A program made the translations under genes and the position numbers. This document shows, piece by piece, positions 7,647 to 17,500 of a DNA stretch of 32,000 bases. The notes beneath the pieces were generated by a model that had not been told where the DNA came from, searched no databases, and saw nothing but the letters and a program-made list of their open reading frames with translations. Origin of the DNA: Flavobacteriaceae bacterium (GTDB taxonomy: Bacteria; Bacteroidota; Bacteroidia; Flavobacteriales; Flavobacteriaceae); assembly GCA_965224465.1 (NCBI GenBank), contig OZ245049.1, positions 60,001 to 92,000 of the forward strand, given 5' to 3'. Numbering within the stretch: position 1 is the first letter of the stretch; every line of letters starts with the position of its first letter.

Positions 7647-9474
7647 AGTAAATTCGCTAGAAAAGAATTCTTTTTTAAAAATTATAGATACTATTATTTC
7701 AAACAGGCCTAAGAATTATAAGGAAATTGAAAAGATACTATCGGAAAACAATACTAACCTTAAAGGCATAGATAACATCAATATTGCTAAAGTTTTTAAC
7801 CTTATTACAGATGAATTTACAAATGTGATAAAGCAAGAATTTGTAGATACATCCTCACAGCTTGATATTTTAATTGATATTATTATCCGAGATGCTCATA
7901 ATTTGATTAAAGAGGATTGGTTTGTAAAACTTTATGAAAAAGAAATTAGTGGTCTTAAAAGTAAAACGGAAGCCCTAAGTCAAAACCTAGAAAATAATAA
8001 ATCAGACATAGAGAATCAACGAAAAAGAGATTATTTGATTTATAAATCATGTGTAGAGACTGCCTATTTTAATGATAACGTGAGTAATAGAGATACGAAA
8101 ATAACAAGTGATGAATTATCTATTCTGTTAACGCTATCTAATGAACTTAAATTATCACAAGAAGAAATTAAGCTAATAAATTATATCGTAATTCCTCCTG
8201 TCAAATTACAAATTGAAAAAGTAATTAATGATTTAAAATCGGTTGGACTTATATTTTATTCAAAGAAAAACAGACAAGTTTATGTTGCGGATGAGGTTGT
8301 AAGAGTCTTAAGGGGAATTCGTAAAAAACAAGTTGCGGATAAATTTTATCGTCGTTTTTTAAAATTATTAAGAGAACCTCAAATAAATATAGTCTGTAGG
8401 AATCATAATATTGATATAAAATTATCTTTAGATCATAAAATAAAAAACATCATTAATGAGGGGATTTCATTTTCAAATTTGTTGGTAAATGAATTACATA
8501 AGGAAGGGACTTCATTAAATGAAAAAAAGAAATTTGTTAAAGAAATTTGGGAAAAAGGATTTGAAATCTCTGTTCCTCTTAAGGGAATAACCTTAGAAGA
8601 AAAAATTGAAAATTTAATAAGGTATTTTGATGAAATAGAGCAAGATGATAAAGTTGGAATCTCGAATGATGGTTATGGTCAACTTCTTTCTGATTTACAC
8701 GATACCTTTCCTTTACTAAATAATTTGATTCGATCAGAATTTGAAATTCAAAATGAATTTGTTTTGAACAATGTGTATTTGCGGGATTACAATATAAAAC
8801 CTAGGGATATTCTGGATATGATTGAGCAAAAGGATTTAATGAAGTTTTGCAATAAATATAATCTAAAAAAGCGAGGGAATAGTATTTTAAACATTCTTGA
8901 TGGTTATAAAGATGCTGAAAATCTATTTATAGAAAATTTCGAAAACATTGGTTTCAGAGACTTAAGATCACTGAAAGAGAATGGGATAAATATAAAAGAA
9001 GCAGAGTTAGGTGTTAAATTTGAAGACATTACAAAATCAGTATTTGAAAAATTAGGTTTTAATGTGGATGAGGATTTAAAAAAGAATCTTAATACTAAGA
9101 AAAATAAAATTGATTTAGTGTTAAATTTAGGAGATCAAGGTCTAATCATAATTGAATGTAAAACGGTAAAAGAGAGTGGTTATAATAAATTCAGTTCTGT
9201 AACCAGACAAATGAAATCGTATATAGATTTAGCGAAAGATAATGGACATAATGTTGTGAAATCATTGCTGATTGCACCGGGATTTAGTGATGAATTTGTA
9301 AGTGATTGTGAGATAGACTTTGAATTAAATTTATCATTGATAACAGCTTCTTCTCTTTTAAAAATATTAGAGGCTTTTAAATGTTCAAAACACAAAGCAT
9401 TTCCTTATCAACTCTTGATGAAAGACGTATTGATTAAAGAGGATAGAATAATTAAAGCGATTAATAAGAAATAA
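7621..9474 (+). CDS. 617-aa protein with a C-terminal Mrr-like PD-(D/E)xK restriction-endonuclease-fold domain and an unassigned N-terminal ~460 aa
   Basis: The ATG at 7621 overlaps the channel ORF by 26 nt. The C-terminus reads FEDITKSVFEKLGFNV...KIDLVLNLGDQGLIIIECKTVKE...VKSLLIAPGFSDEF...LSLITASSLLKIL. This fits the Mrr_cat pattern (FE..v..ll...Gf.v, D in a beta strand, then E-x-K). The N-terminal part is helical and contains several SAP/HeH-like stretches. Confidence 0.7.
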   Translation: MKLEKILDKVNSLEKNSFLKIIDTIISNRPKNYKEIEKILSENNTNLKGIDNINIAKVFNLITDEFTNVIKQEFVDTSSQLDILIDIIIRDAHNLIKEDWFVKLYEKEISGLKSKTEALSQNLENNKSDIENQRKRDYLIYKSCVETAYFNDNVSNRDTKITSDELSILLTLSNELKLSQEEIKLINYIVIPPVKLQIEKVINDLKSVGLIFYSKKNRQVYVADEVVRVLRGIRKKQVADKFYRRFLKLLREPQINIVCRNHNIDIKLSLDHKIKNIINEGISFSNLLVNELHKEGTSLNEKKKFVKEIWEKGFEISVPLKGITLEEKIENLIRYFDEIEQDDKVGISNDGYGQLLSDLHDTFPLLNNLIRSEFEIQNEFVLNNVYLRDYNIKPRDILDMIEQKDLMKFCNKYNLKKRGNSILNILDGYKDAENLFIENFENIGFRDLRSLKENGINIKEAELGVKFEDITKSVFEKLGFNVDEDLKKNLNTKKNKIDLVLNLGDQGLIIIECKTVKESGYNKFSSVTRQMKSYIDLAKDNGHNVVKSLLIAPGFSDEFVSDCEIDFELNLSLITASSLLKILEAFKCSKHKAFPYQLLMKDVLIKEDRIIKAINKK

Positions 9475-9493
9475 CTGAATTACCAACAAAAAA

Positions 9494-9526
9494 AAGCCAA
9501 CACTCCCAAAAAAGGAACGTTGGCTT
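9494..9526. terminator. Bidirectional intrinsic terminator between the convergent nuclease-domain gene and pfaD
   Basis: The stem is aagccaac (9494-9501) / gttggctt (9519-9526), with inner tcc/gga pairing. It is flanked by an A-run upstream and a T-run (9525-9529) downstream. Confidence 0.6.
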
Positions 9527-9551
9527 TTTAAATAAATATTCAGTCATTAGA

Positions 9552-11156
9552 TTACCCCACAACCAAACGCTCCACCTCAGGTTCCAATTCCAATTGCAAC
9601 AAGCCAATCGGTAATTCCACCCCTTGGTCCTTAATCGTATTGATACGATGCAAATACGCAGCACCTTCCAACAACTGTAAAGCAACATCCGCAACTTTAC
9701 GGTTTTTAGCTTCGCTTAGGTAGGAATCTTTGGTCCATTCGTTAAAGGCACCCATGGCAGGGCCACACCAAATTTGATAGTCCATAATTCTGTCTGGCGT
9801 ACCAGCATTTGCCCAGTTAGAAGACAAGCCTAGGTACCAACGGAAGATCAATGCCATTTTTCGTTTTGGGTTTTGCTTGGCTCTTGCTATTTGTTCTGGA
9901 TCTCTTTCTTCGAAGAAACTCACACAACCTTCCCAAACCTTTTCTAAAGGCATTTTAAAAGTCTGTTTCTCTAATTTTATACGTTCGTCTGCTGGGATTG
10001 CATCGATGCTCTCGTAGCGGTTGTAATAATCGTATAGTTTTTTTGCTCTGGCACCGAATAAGGTACCGCGTTTTAAGACTTGCAATTCCACGCCCAATTC
10101 GAACATATCGGAAGCGGGAGCCATGGTCACATCCGTAGAAGCGACTTTGGACAATAATTCTTTTACACCCTCCGAAGTACCTGATTCTATACAAGCTTGG
10201 TTGATAGAACCCGTTACGATATAGGCAGCACCCATGGCAAAAGCAGCTAATGCCGCCGCAGGGGTTCCGATACCACCGGCTGCACCCACACGGAGTTGTT
10301 TTTTGTACTGGTATTTTTGTTGAAGTTCGTCTCTTAATTGTAAGATGATGGGGAACAAGACTACCAAGGGACGGTTGTCCGTATGTCCTCCAGAATCTGC
10401 TTCTACGGTAATATCATCCGCCATGGGTACTTGTTGTGCAAGCGTGTGTTGCTCTTGAGTGATTTTCCCTGCGGCGAGTAAGTTGTCTAAGAATTTAATA
10501 GGTGCGGGAGACATAAAACGTTCTGCCACTTCTTTTCGAGAGATTTTCCCGATCACTTTATTTCCGATGATTATTTCTCCTTGTGCGTCTCGGCTCAATC
10601 CAACGGCTCTGTATTTTACAATTTGCTCGGATAAGTTCATATACGCCGAGGCTTCTACGACTTTTACTTTGTGTTTGATAAATAAATTCACAGCACCTTC
10701 TTCCAATGCCTTTTCAATAGGACTGTGGATGAGGTTGCAAGCGTAGGTTTGTGTAGGCAAGCCTGCTTGAATTTCGGCAATGGCTGCTTCTACACGTGCA
10801 GGAATCATTCCGGCGGCTCCAAAGGAACCCATCAGTTCGTTTCTTCCTAAAGAAATCACCATATCGGTAGAGGCAATTCCGTTTGCCATGGCGCCTCCTT
10901 TATAGGCGTAGCTGAGGTTGTAGTCTTCTTTAAAAGATGTGTCTCCGAGGTCTTTTGCTGTAAAAGCGGGAACAATTGCTTTTAAAAACAAACCATTTCC
11001 TTCAGATTGGATTGTTCCTGTATTGGTAATTCCGATGCGTCCTGATAAATCTTTTACCACATAGCATGGAATGGCAGTGTTTTTTAATTTTTCGGACATT
11101 CCTTTGTGGTCAAAGGAGATCTCTCTGGGAGATCCTATCCATTTTAAATCGATCAT
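9552..11156 (-). CDS. pfaD: PUFA synthase enoyl reductase PfaD (FMN-dependent, 2-nitropropane dioxygenase-like)
   Basis: GGAMANGIAS...MGSFGAAGMIPARVEAAI...CNLIHSP...VEASAYM...VEADSGGHTDNRPL...VGAAGGIGTP closely parallels Shewanella PfaD as I recall it. The ORF-track start at 11198 is a TTG, so I prefer the ATG at 11156 (MIDLKWIG...). Confidence 0.9.
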   Translation of the reverse strand: MIDLKWIGSPREISFDHKGMSEKLKNTAIPCYVVKDLSGRIGITNTGTIQSEGNGLFLKAIVPAFTAKDLGDTSFKEDYNLSYAYKGGAMANGIASTDMVISLGRNELMGSFGAAGMIPARVEAAIAEIQAGLPTQTYACNLIHSPIEKALEEGAVNLFIKHKVKVVEASAYMNLSEQIVKYRAVGLSRDAQGEIIIGNKVIGKISRKEVAERFMSPAPIKFLDNLLAAGKITQEQHTLAQQVPMADDITVEADSGGHTDNRPLVVLFPIILQLRDELQQKYQYKKQLRVGAAGGIGTPAAALAAFAMGAAYIVTGSINQACIESGTSEGVKELLSKVASTDVTMAPASDMFELGVELQVLKRGTLFGARAKKLYDYYNRYESIDAIPADERIKLEKQTFKMPLEKVWEGCVSFFEERDPEQIARAKQNPKRKMALIFRWYLGLSSNWANAGTPDRIMDYQIWCGPAMGAFNEWTKDSYLSEAKNRKVADVALQLLEGAAYLHRINTIKDQGVELPIGLLQLELEPEVERLVVG

Positions 11157-11404
11157 TTTAGTGTCTATATTTTGAGTCTTGTGTCCTTTAATTTTCAATA
11201 AGTATTATTATTAATGGACTGCTTAAGACGGTTGTTTATTGCCTTGCTTCTAAAATTTTTTTAAAGAAGCCTCTTTATTGTTTTTCAAATCTTTTTTTAA
11301 TCCCACCAGTGGGTTTAATTTTCCGATGCTTGTATCGAAATGATTAAGGGTTGTTTTCTCTTTTTTATGCCTCGTAGTCCTGAGCTTATTGACTGTTGTA
11401 TTTC

Positions 11405-11508
11405 GCATTAAGGATAGAACGGCCTGTTTGAGCTCTTTTTTTGTTTTTTTACAAAAAAAAGCGAGTAGTGAAAGCCTGACCCGACCTTTTTTGGGAGGGG
11501 AATGCCCA
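11405..11508. repeat. Intergenic repeat family member X (related to 27589-27697)
   Basis: Shares with 27589-27697 the ordered blocks gcat..ggatag.a..ggc, an all-A/T hairpin tttttttgt-tttttt-acaaaaaaa (11436-11459), ccgacctttt and atgccc. Confidence 0.5.
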
Positions 11509-11524
11509 CATTATTTTAAAAATT

Positions 11525-11559
11525 AAGGAGGAAGATTTTATGCATTTTCTTCCTCCCTT
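11525..11559 (-). terminator. Hairpin immediately after the pfaC stop codon (possible intrinsic terminator/attenuator)
   Basis: On the minus strand the sequence reads AAGGGAGGAAG-aaaatgcataaaat-CTTCCTCCTT followed by AATTTTTAAAATAA. The core stem is 8 perfect bp. The T-tract is short and interrupted. Confidence 0.4.
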
Positions 11560-11564
11560 GTTTT

Positions 11565-14500
11565 TTATGCTTCCTGAATTCCAATGGCTAAATCTGTCAA
11601 TTGATAGATTCTTGTGCCTTCGTTCCACAGATACGCATTGGCGATAATTACCAAGGTGTCTTCTCGTTTTTCGATGGTTTTAAAATGCACTTCTAAATGC
11701 ATGTTTTCCACGTTTACTTTAATTTGTCCGCGGTATTTCCATTCGGTTTTATTATTAGCGACCTGTACAAAGCGTGGTTTTTTAAAGTCTTTTCCTAAGT
11801 CTTGTTGTAGGGCGAATAACTGCATGGCTTGTGAAATGGCTTCGACGCCTAAGGATCCTGGCATTACAGGGTCTGAGTAAAAATGACAGGTAAAGAACCA
11901 GTCGTAGGTATGGATGGCTTTGGAGCAATGGATGTATCCTTTGCCAAATTCGCCGCCGTCTTTTACGAGCAATCCGCTGTCTAGTAAATTCAATTGATCT
12001 GTTGATAAACGGAAGGTGTTTGTTGGATCATTTTCTTTATACAATTTCATTTTTGCGTATAAAGAGTCGAGCTTGATTTGGAAATAATCCTTGGGGGTCA
12101 ACTTGTTTTGTACATACCATGCGGGTACGTCTTTCCCATTGTCCAAGCCTACTTGTTGTGCCAAGGCTTCTTTAGGGAAGAATCCGAAGGAGGAGAATCC
12201 TTTATAGAACACATAGCCGTCTACGGAGACTTCGAAGAGGTATTTCTGAATTACAAAACCGCCTAATGCCGTTGAGGAGGTTAAGGTTGCTTTGTTGTGA
12301 ATTACTTTTCCTCTAAAGTCGGTACCTGCGGGGAGGTCGATCATTTCGCCATCTCCATCCAAGTTTCTAAAGTATAAATCTTTGTCTGGGAATTGTAGGG
12401 TGGATCCTAAATAGGCGCCTAACAATCCACAGGGTTGCAATGCTATTTCCATTAAAATGGCGTACGGCATGGTCATGGAAGCGTTTTGTGTGTAATACCA
12501 CGCATCGGCTGGCACGTCGTATTCTGTCCAAATATTTGTTGCTTTTTTAAAGTTAAATCGTTCTCCGTCTATTTTAATAACACGGCTTACGACTTGCAAG
12601 TCGGTATTTGGTTGGCGGGACAAGGCTCTGTTGTCATACACGGCGTATTCTGGACCAAAACAATCTGCCAATCTGCCTAAGGCAAAGGTTTCGATGTCTT
12701 GTTCGTTGAGCAATACGTTCTCGGTTATTTTTTTAGGTTGTTCTAGGTATTTTGGATTGTCTTTTTCTCTTATTTGCAATCCTAAATCGGCAAAATGAAC
12801 GGTAATTACACCGTCTACAATAATTTCTAAATCGCCAATCACATAAGGGTCTGGCAACAATCCGATGTCTTTAATTACCAAGCGATACATTAATTTCTTA
12901 TCATTAGGGGTCACTTCTTTTCTACAACGTACTTTTTGAGCAACTCCGTAGATAGGTTGGAAACGTGCATCTTTTTTAAGGCGTTGTAGCCCTAGCATCA
13001 TCATAAAGAAACGGAGTAAGTTACCGCCGCCTTCTGCTTGTAAAGATCCTGCCAATACTTGGTCGTCTCTAAAATGACAAGGGAAATACCAATCGTCTGG
13101 ACTTAGGTCTTTTTCTGCTATAATTTCTCCCAATCCATAAGGACCTCCGTGGACGTCTGCTTTGGTAATGCGATCCAACATCAGCATTTTTTCTGGTGCT
13201 AAACGGATGGATTTATTTTTACCGTTGGGGAAGTAGGAGATATCGTCAAAACATGTATGTGCATCTCCGTTGATAAGATGTCTTAAATCCTGAATATCAA
13301 ATGCGGTCTTTTTAGTAGTTAAAAAGGGAATGAATTTTTTCTTTTCTACGCCCGCTAAAATTTTCTTTTCAGCTTCGGTATATACAACACCATTTCCTTT
13401 ACTCAATTCTTCATCGGTAAAGAAGCCAGCCACTCCATTGGTCATTTTTAAGACAAGGCGGTCTTCTACAAAGCATTCGTAGCTAAAGAAGAACAATAGG
13501 TTACGTCCATTTCTTACAAAGGAATTGATAGAGATATCATAACGTAGGGTTTGCCCTTCAAAAGGCAGGTCGTCCGTAAAGGTAAGCGTACAGTCGAGTA
13601 GGCGATAGACATAGTCTCCTTTGTTTTCTAAGTCGATGCCTAAATAAGAGATCAACATCAAATCACATTGTCCTGATTCTACCGAAACTGCCCATGGGAT
13701 TTGTGTATCGGTGGCATAGCCTGAATTGTAAGGAATGTCGTATTCCGTTTGCATGGTAGACGGTTTGTATTCGCCTAGCTTGGCATTTAATCCTGTGACT
13801 CTACTCACCAATAGGTAAGGATCCATAGGAAGCATCACACGGCGTTTGTATTGGTCGATTACATTGTATTCCGCACCAAAGACATTGCTTATTTTACCTT
13901 CGGAAAATTCGATTAAATCTTCTTTGTTAAAAATAATGTTTTTCCCTTTTAAATGATTTGGGTCTGTGTAATCTTGTAATTTTAAGCCGTTTTCTGCGAT
14001 TGTTGTTGCAGTTTTAGGTGTTGTGTTAGCTATCATATACCTTTTTTTCTCTAATGTGTTTGTGCTAGTAATTGGGATTTTTAAGTCCGTTTTTTGGGGT
14101 GTATTTGCTTCTTTCTTTAGGTGTTTAATTTGAGCAAATTGATGTTTCATATCTTCGGATAATAAGACATCGTATATACGTCTTCCTCCTGTTTTAACTT
14201 TTTTGCTAAATCTTTTTTTAAGGATTGTTTCTTGTTGTTTTGGATATAACAGTCCTAGGTCTACCTCAATGCCGTTTGCAATTAATTGTGCCAAGCACTC
14301 GAACAATGATTGTACGGAACTGCTTCCTTTCTTATCGATGGCACAGCTAGCATGGGTTTTTTGATCCAAGGTTCCTTTGATCCAATTGCTACAGGTACTA
14401 TTAGGGCCTAGCTCTACAAAAGTGCTAAAGCCATTTTTTGACATTTGATGAGCAAAGGCAGGGAAATCTACTGTTTTATAACATACTTCTGTCGAATTTT

Positions 14501-17500
14501 GGGCGATTTTTAAACTGTCCATCGGAAGTTTTTTTCCTGTTAAACTAGAGTAGAATTCGATGTCAGGACGTTGTTCCAAAGGGAAATTGTGCATTTCAAT
14601 AAGTCCGTCGTATTCCTTTTTACAGAATTCGTTATGAATAATGTTTTGAAAGGGAACCAATATAGATCCACAATTTAATTCGGAGATAAGGGCTTTACAC
14701 TGGCTTTTATCACCCGAAATAATCAATTCCTTGTCCGAATTCACAAAAGTGATAGAGACTTTGTCAAATTTAGAAATTACAGCTGCAACGTCTTCTTTTT
14801 TTGCTAATAAAATCCAGCTTTGCCACCTTTCTTTTGCTTCGGTTGTAGTTATATTCCACGCATCTGCCAATACTTCTAAGTTTCCAGAAAATTTATTTTT
14901 AAAGATAGGGGAGTTGCGAAACACCTTGGTACCTTCACTTGGATTCCAAACACCAAAAGCATACCACATAGAACTGCATTCTCCCATGCTATATCCCATA
15001 GCAGCTTTTGGTTTGATACCAAAATAGTTTCTTAAAATATGGGTGTACAACGTGGCGTATAAAACACCTGCCGACATCATAGAAATGGCGTCTTTTTGTA
15101 TGGGAGGAGTCTGTTCTGCGGTGGATTGTTTTTTAGGGAAAATATAATTTAAGGAAAAGAATTCCTTAAGGTTTGGAATGCGTGTTTCAAAATCGTGGAG
15201 TAGCTGGGGGAAGAATTGAAATAAATCCTGTCCTAGCCCTTCATAACTGGTGGCGGATCCTGGATATACAAATGCTAAATCTCCCTTGGCTGCCGAGGGT
15301 GTTGGTGTAAAGAACGTACCGCTTGGTAATTTGAGGTCTGTCCCTGTTTTAAACGAAGTGTCTACTTGTTTTTCTAAGAATTTAAGGTCTTGTAAGAGTG
15401 CGTTTTTATCCTTAGCAATCAATACAATTCGATGGCTTTTTTTAAGGGTTTTTTCCTTGTTAAAATGTGCTTGGGCTAGGGCATTCAAGCTTGTTGTAGC
15501 AATGTTTTTGTGAAGGGTTGCTATTTGTGCTTTGAGCTCGTTGGCATTGTTTCCTTGTAAAACCAATATATGCGTACCCAAATAATTATTGATAGGTGCT
15601 TTGTCTTCTCTGATTACTTCTGACAATTGCACGCGATCTTGCAATCCTAAATTCACCATTGCCTGTCTCGGAACAGCTGTTTCGTTTACCCAAGGTCTTG
15701 ATTGACTAGGGAAATAATAATTACTGTTTTTGAGTGCCTCATTTTTAAAAGCTTTCCAGTTAGGAATGCCTGGGATAAATTGATGGTATACACAAAGTGC
15801 TGTCTTTACGATAGCTGCCAGTCCAGAAGCGGCAAAGGTATGTCCAATGTTTGTTTTTACCGATCCTAAGGCAACCTTGTTTAAGGGTTTTGCTTGTATT
15901 AATTGTGCTTGCTCTAATTGGTCTTCTTGGTGAAACCCTGTAGCGACTAATTCTTGCAAAGCGATATTGGGATGGATGTCTAAATCACCAATGGCTTCTA
16001 TTTTTGCATAGACAGTATCTGCTTTAGAGACATCTTCATTGGCTTTTAAAACGATGGCTGCGGCTCCTTCACCAATCAACCAACCGTAGTCGTCTGCATT
16101 AAATGATAGGCTAGGGCGTTTGTTTTGGTTTACCTGAGTGACTAAATTTCTCAAGAGTACAGCTTCCATTCCTGCGGAGAATTCTACAGCACCTACAACT
16201 ACGGCATCTACTTCGCCTAAGGACAACATGTTTTGTGCAACTTCTAAGGCTCTGGTGGTTCCTTGATTTCCGTTACTAATGGTAAAGGAAGGCCCACTGA
16301 AATCCCAAAGGGCAGAAATACGACTCGACATAATATTTCCTACAAAACTTGTATGCTGACTCGGCGCTTGTACCTTTCCTATTTGATATAGGATGTTTCT
16401 ACACTCTGCTAAAAGGGTTGTTTTTTGAGTTTTGTCTAAATCGATACCTGCCATGGCTAAGGCTTTGTCCAATTGCCATTGACTGTCCCAACGTGCTAAG
16501 TAATGATGAATTGCCAATTCTGGATTCATGGCAACTAATACCGCTACGTTTTGTCCCTTTTTAAGATTCGATTTTTGAATGGCTTGATCCGCCACTTTTA
16601 AAATCAAGGCTTGTTGAGGTTCCATGGTATCAATTTCGTTGGGTTGGATTTTATAACGCATTAAATCCATGTCAAAATCAGCAATGTAATTTCCTTTCGG
16701 TGCCTGTTTTGTATCTAAACCAAAGGAAGCCATGACTTCTGATTGGGCTTCAAATCCTTTCCAACGATTCTTTGGCATCTCAGAAAAATGCTGTTTTCCT
16801 TCAAAAATAGTTTGGTAAAAATGATCTAAATTATCGCAATCGCCAAAATGAACTTCCATACTGGTAATTGCCATTTCTTTTAGAGGGGTCGCTTTTAAAG
16901 GGCGATGTGCATCTTTATTATGGCTTTCTACGACCAAATGCGCATTGGTACCACCAAAGCCAAACGAATTGACCGCGGCTTGCTTATGGTTTGTTTCCCA
17001 TTTTAAAGGTTCTTCTATGATTTGCTCTCGTTGAAACCAACCATTTTCTGACTGAATGGCTTCGCCCATATTAATTCCAGGAGGAATCATATCGTGCTCC
17101 ATAGAAAGCAATACCTTTATTAAACTTGGCATACCGGCTGCGGTAAGCATGTGTCCCATATTTGACTTTACAGAACCCAATCTGATTTTGTCTGGGTTTT
17201 CACCAAAAAAACTTTCTAAAGAATTGATCTCTGTGACATCGCCAAGGGGAGTTCCAGTAGCATGACATTCGATATAAGAAGTGTCCTTTTTAGAGAGACT
17301 TCCATTGTAGGCTCTTTCATACGCCAAGGTTTGTCCTTTTGGATTGGGGCTTAATAAAAATTTACCAGCACCATCATTGGACAATCCAATACCTGCAATC
17401 ACACCGATAATAGTATCTCCATCTCTTTCGGCATCAGACAATCGTTTTAATAAAATCATTCCTGCGCCTTCGGAAGAGACCAAGCCAGAAGATTCCTTGT

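Noticed and set aside
11157-11198. TTG-initiated extension of pfaD; likewise 18252-18305 for pfaC, 2904-2951 for the IS30 transposase and 29292-29354 for the phosphoesterase
   Set aside because: The ORF track takes the most upstream alternative start. In each case an ATG lies immediately before the conserved N-terminal motif, and the extension has no family-like sequence. Start choice remains unverified.
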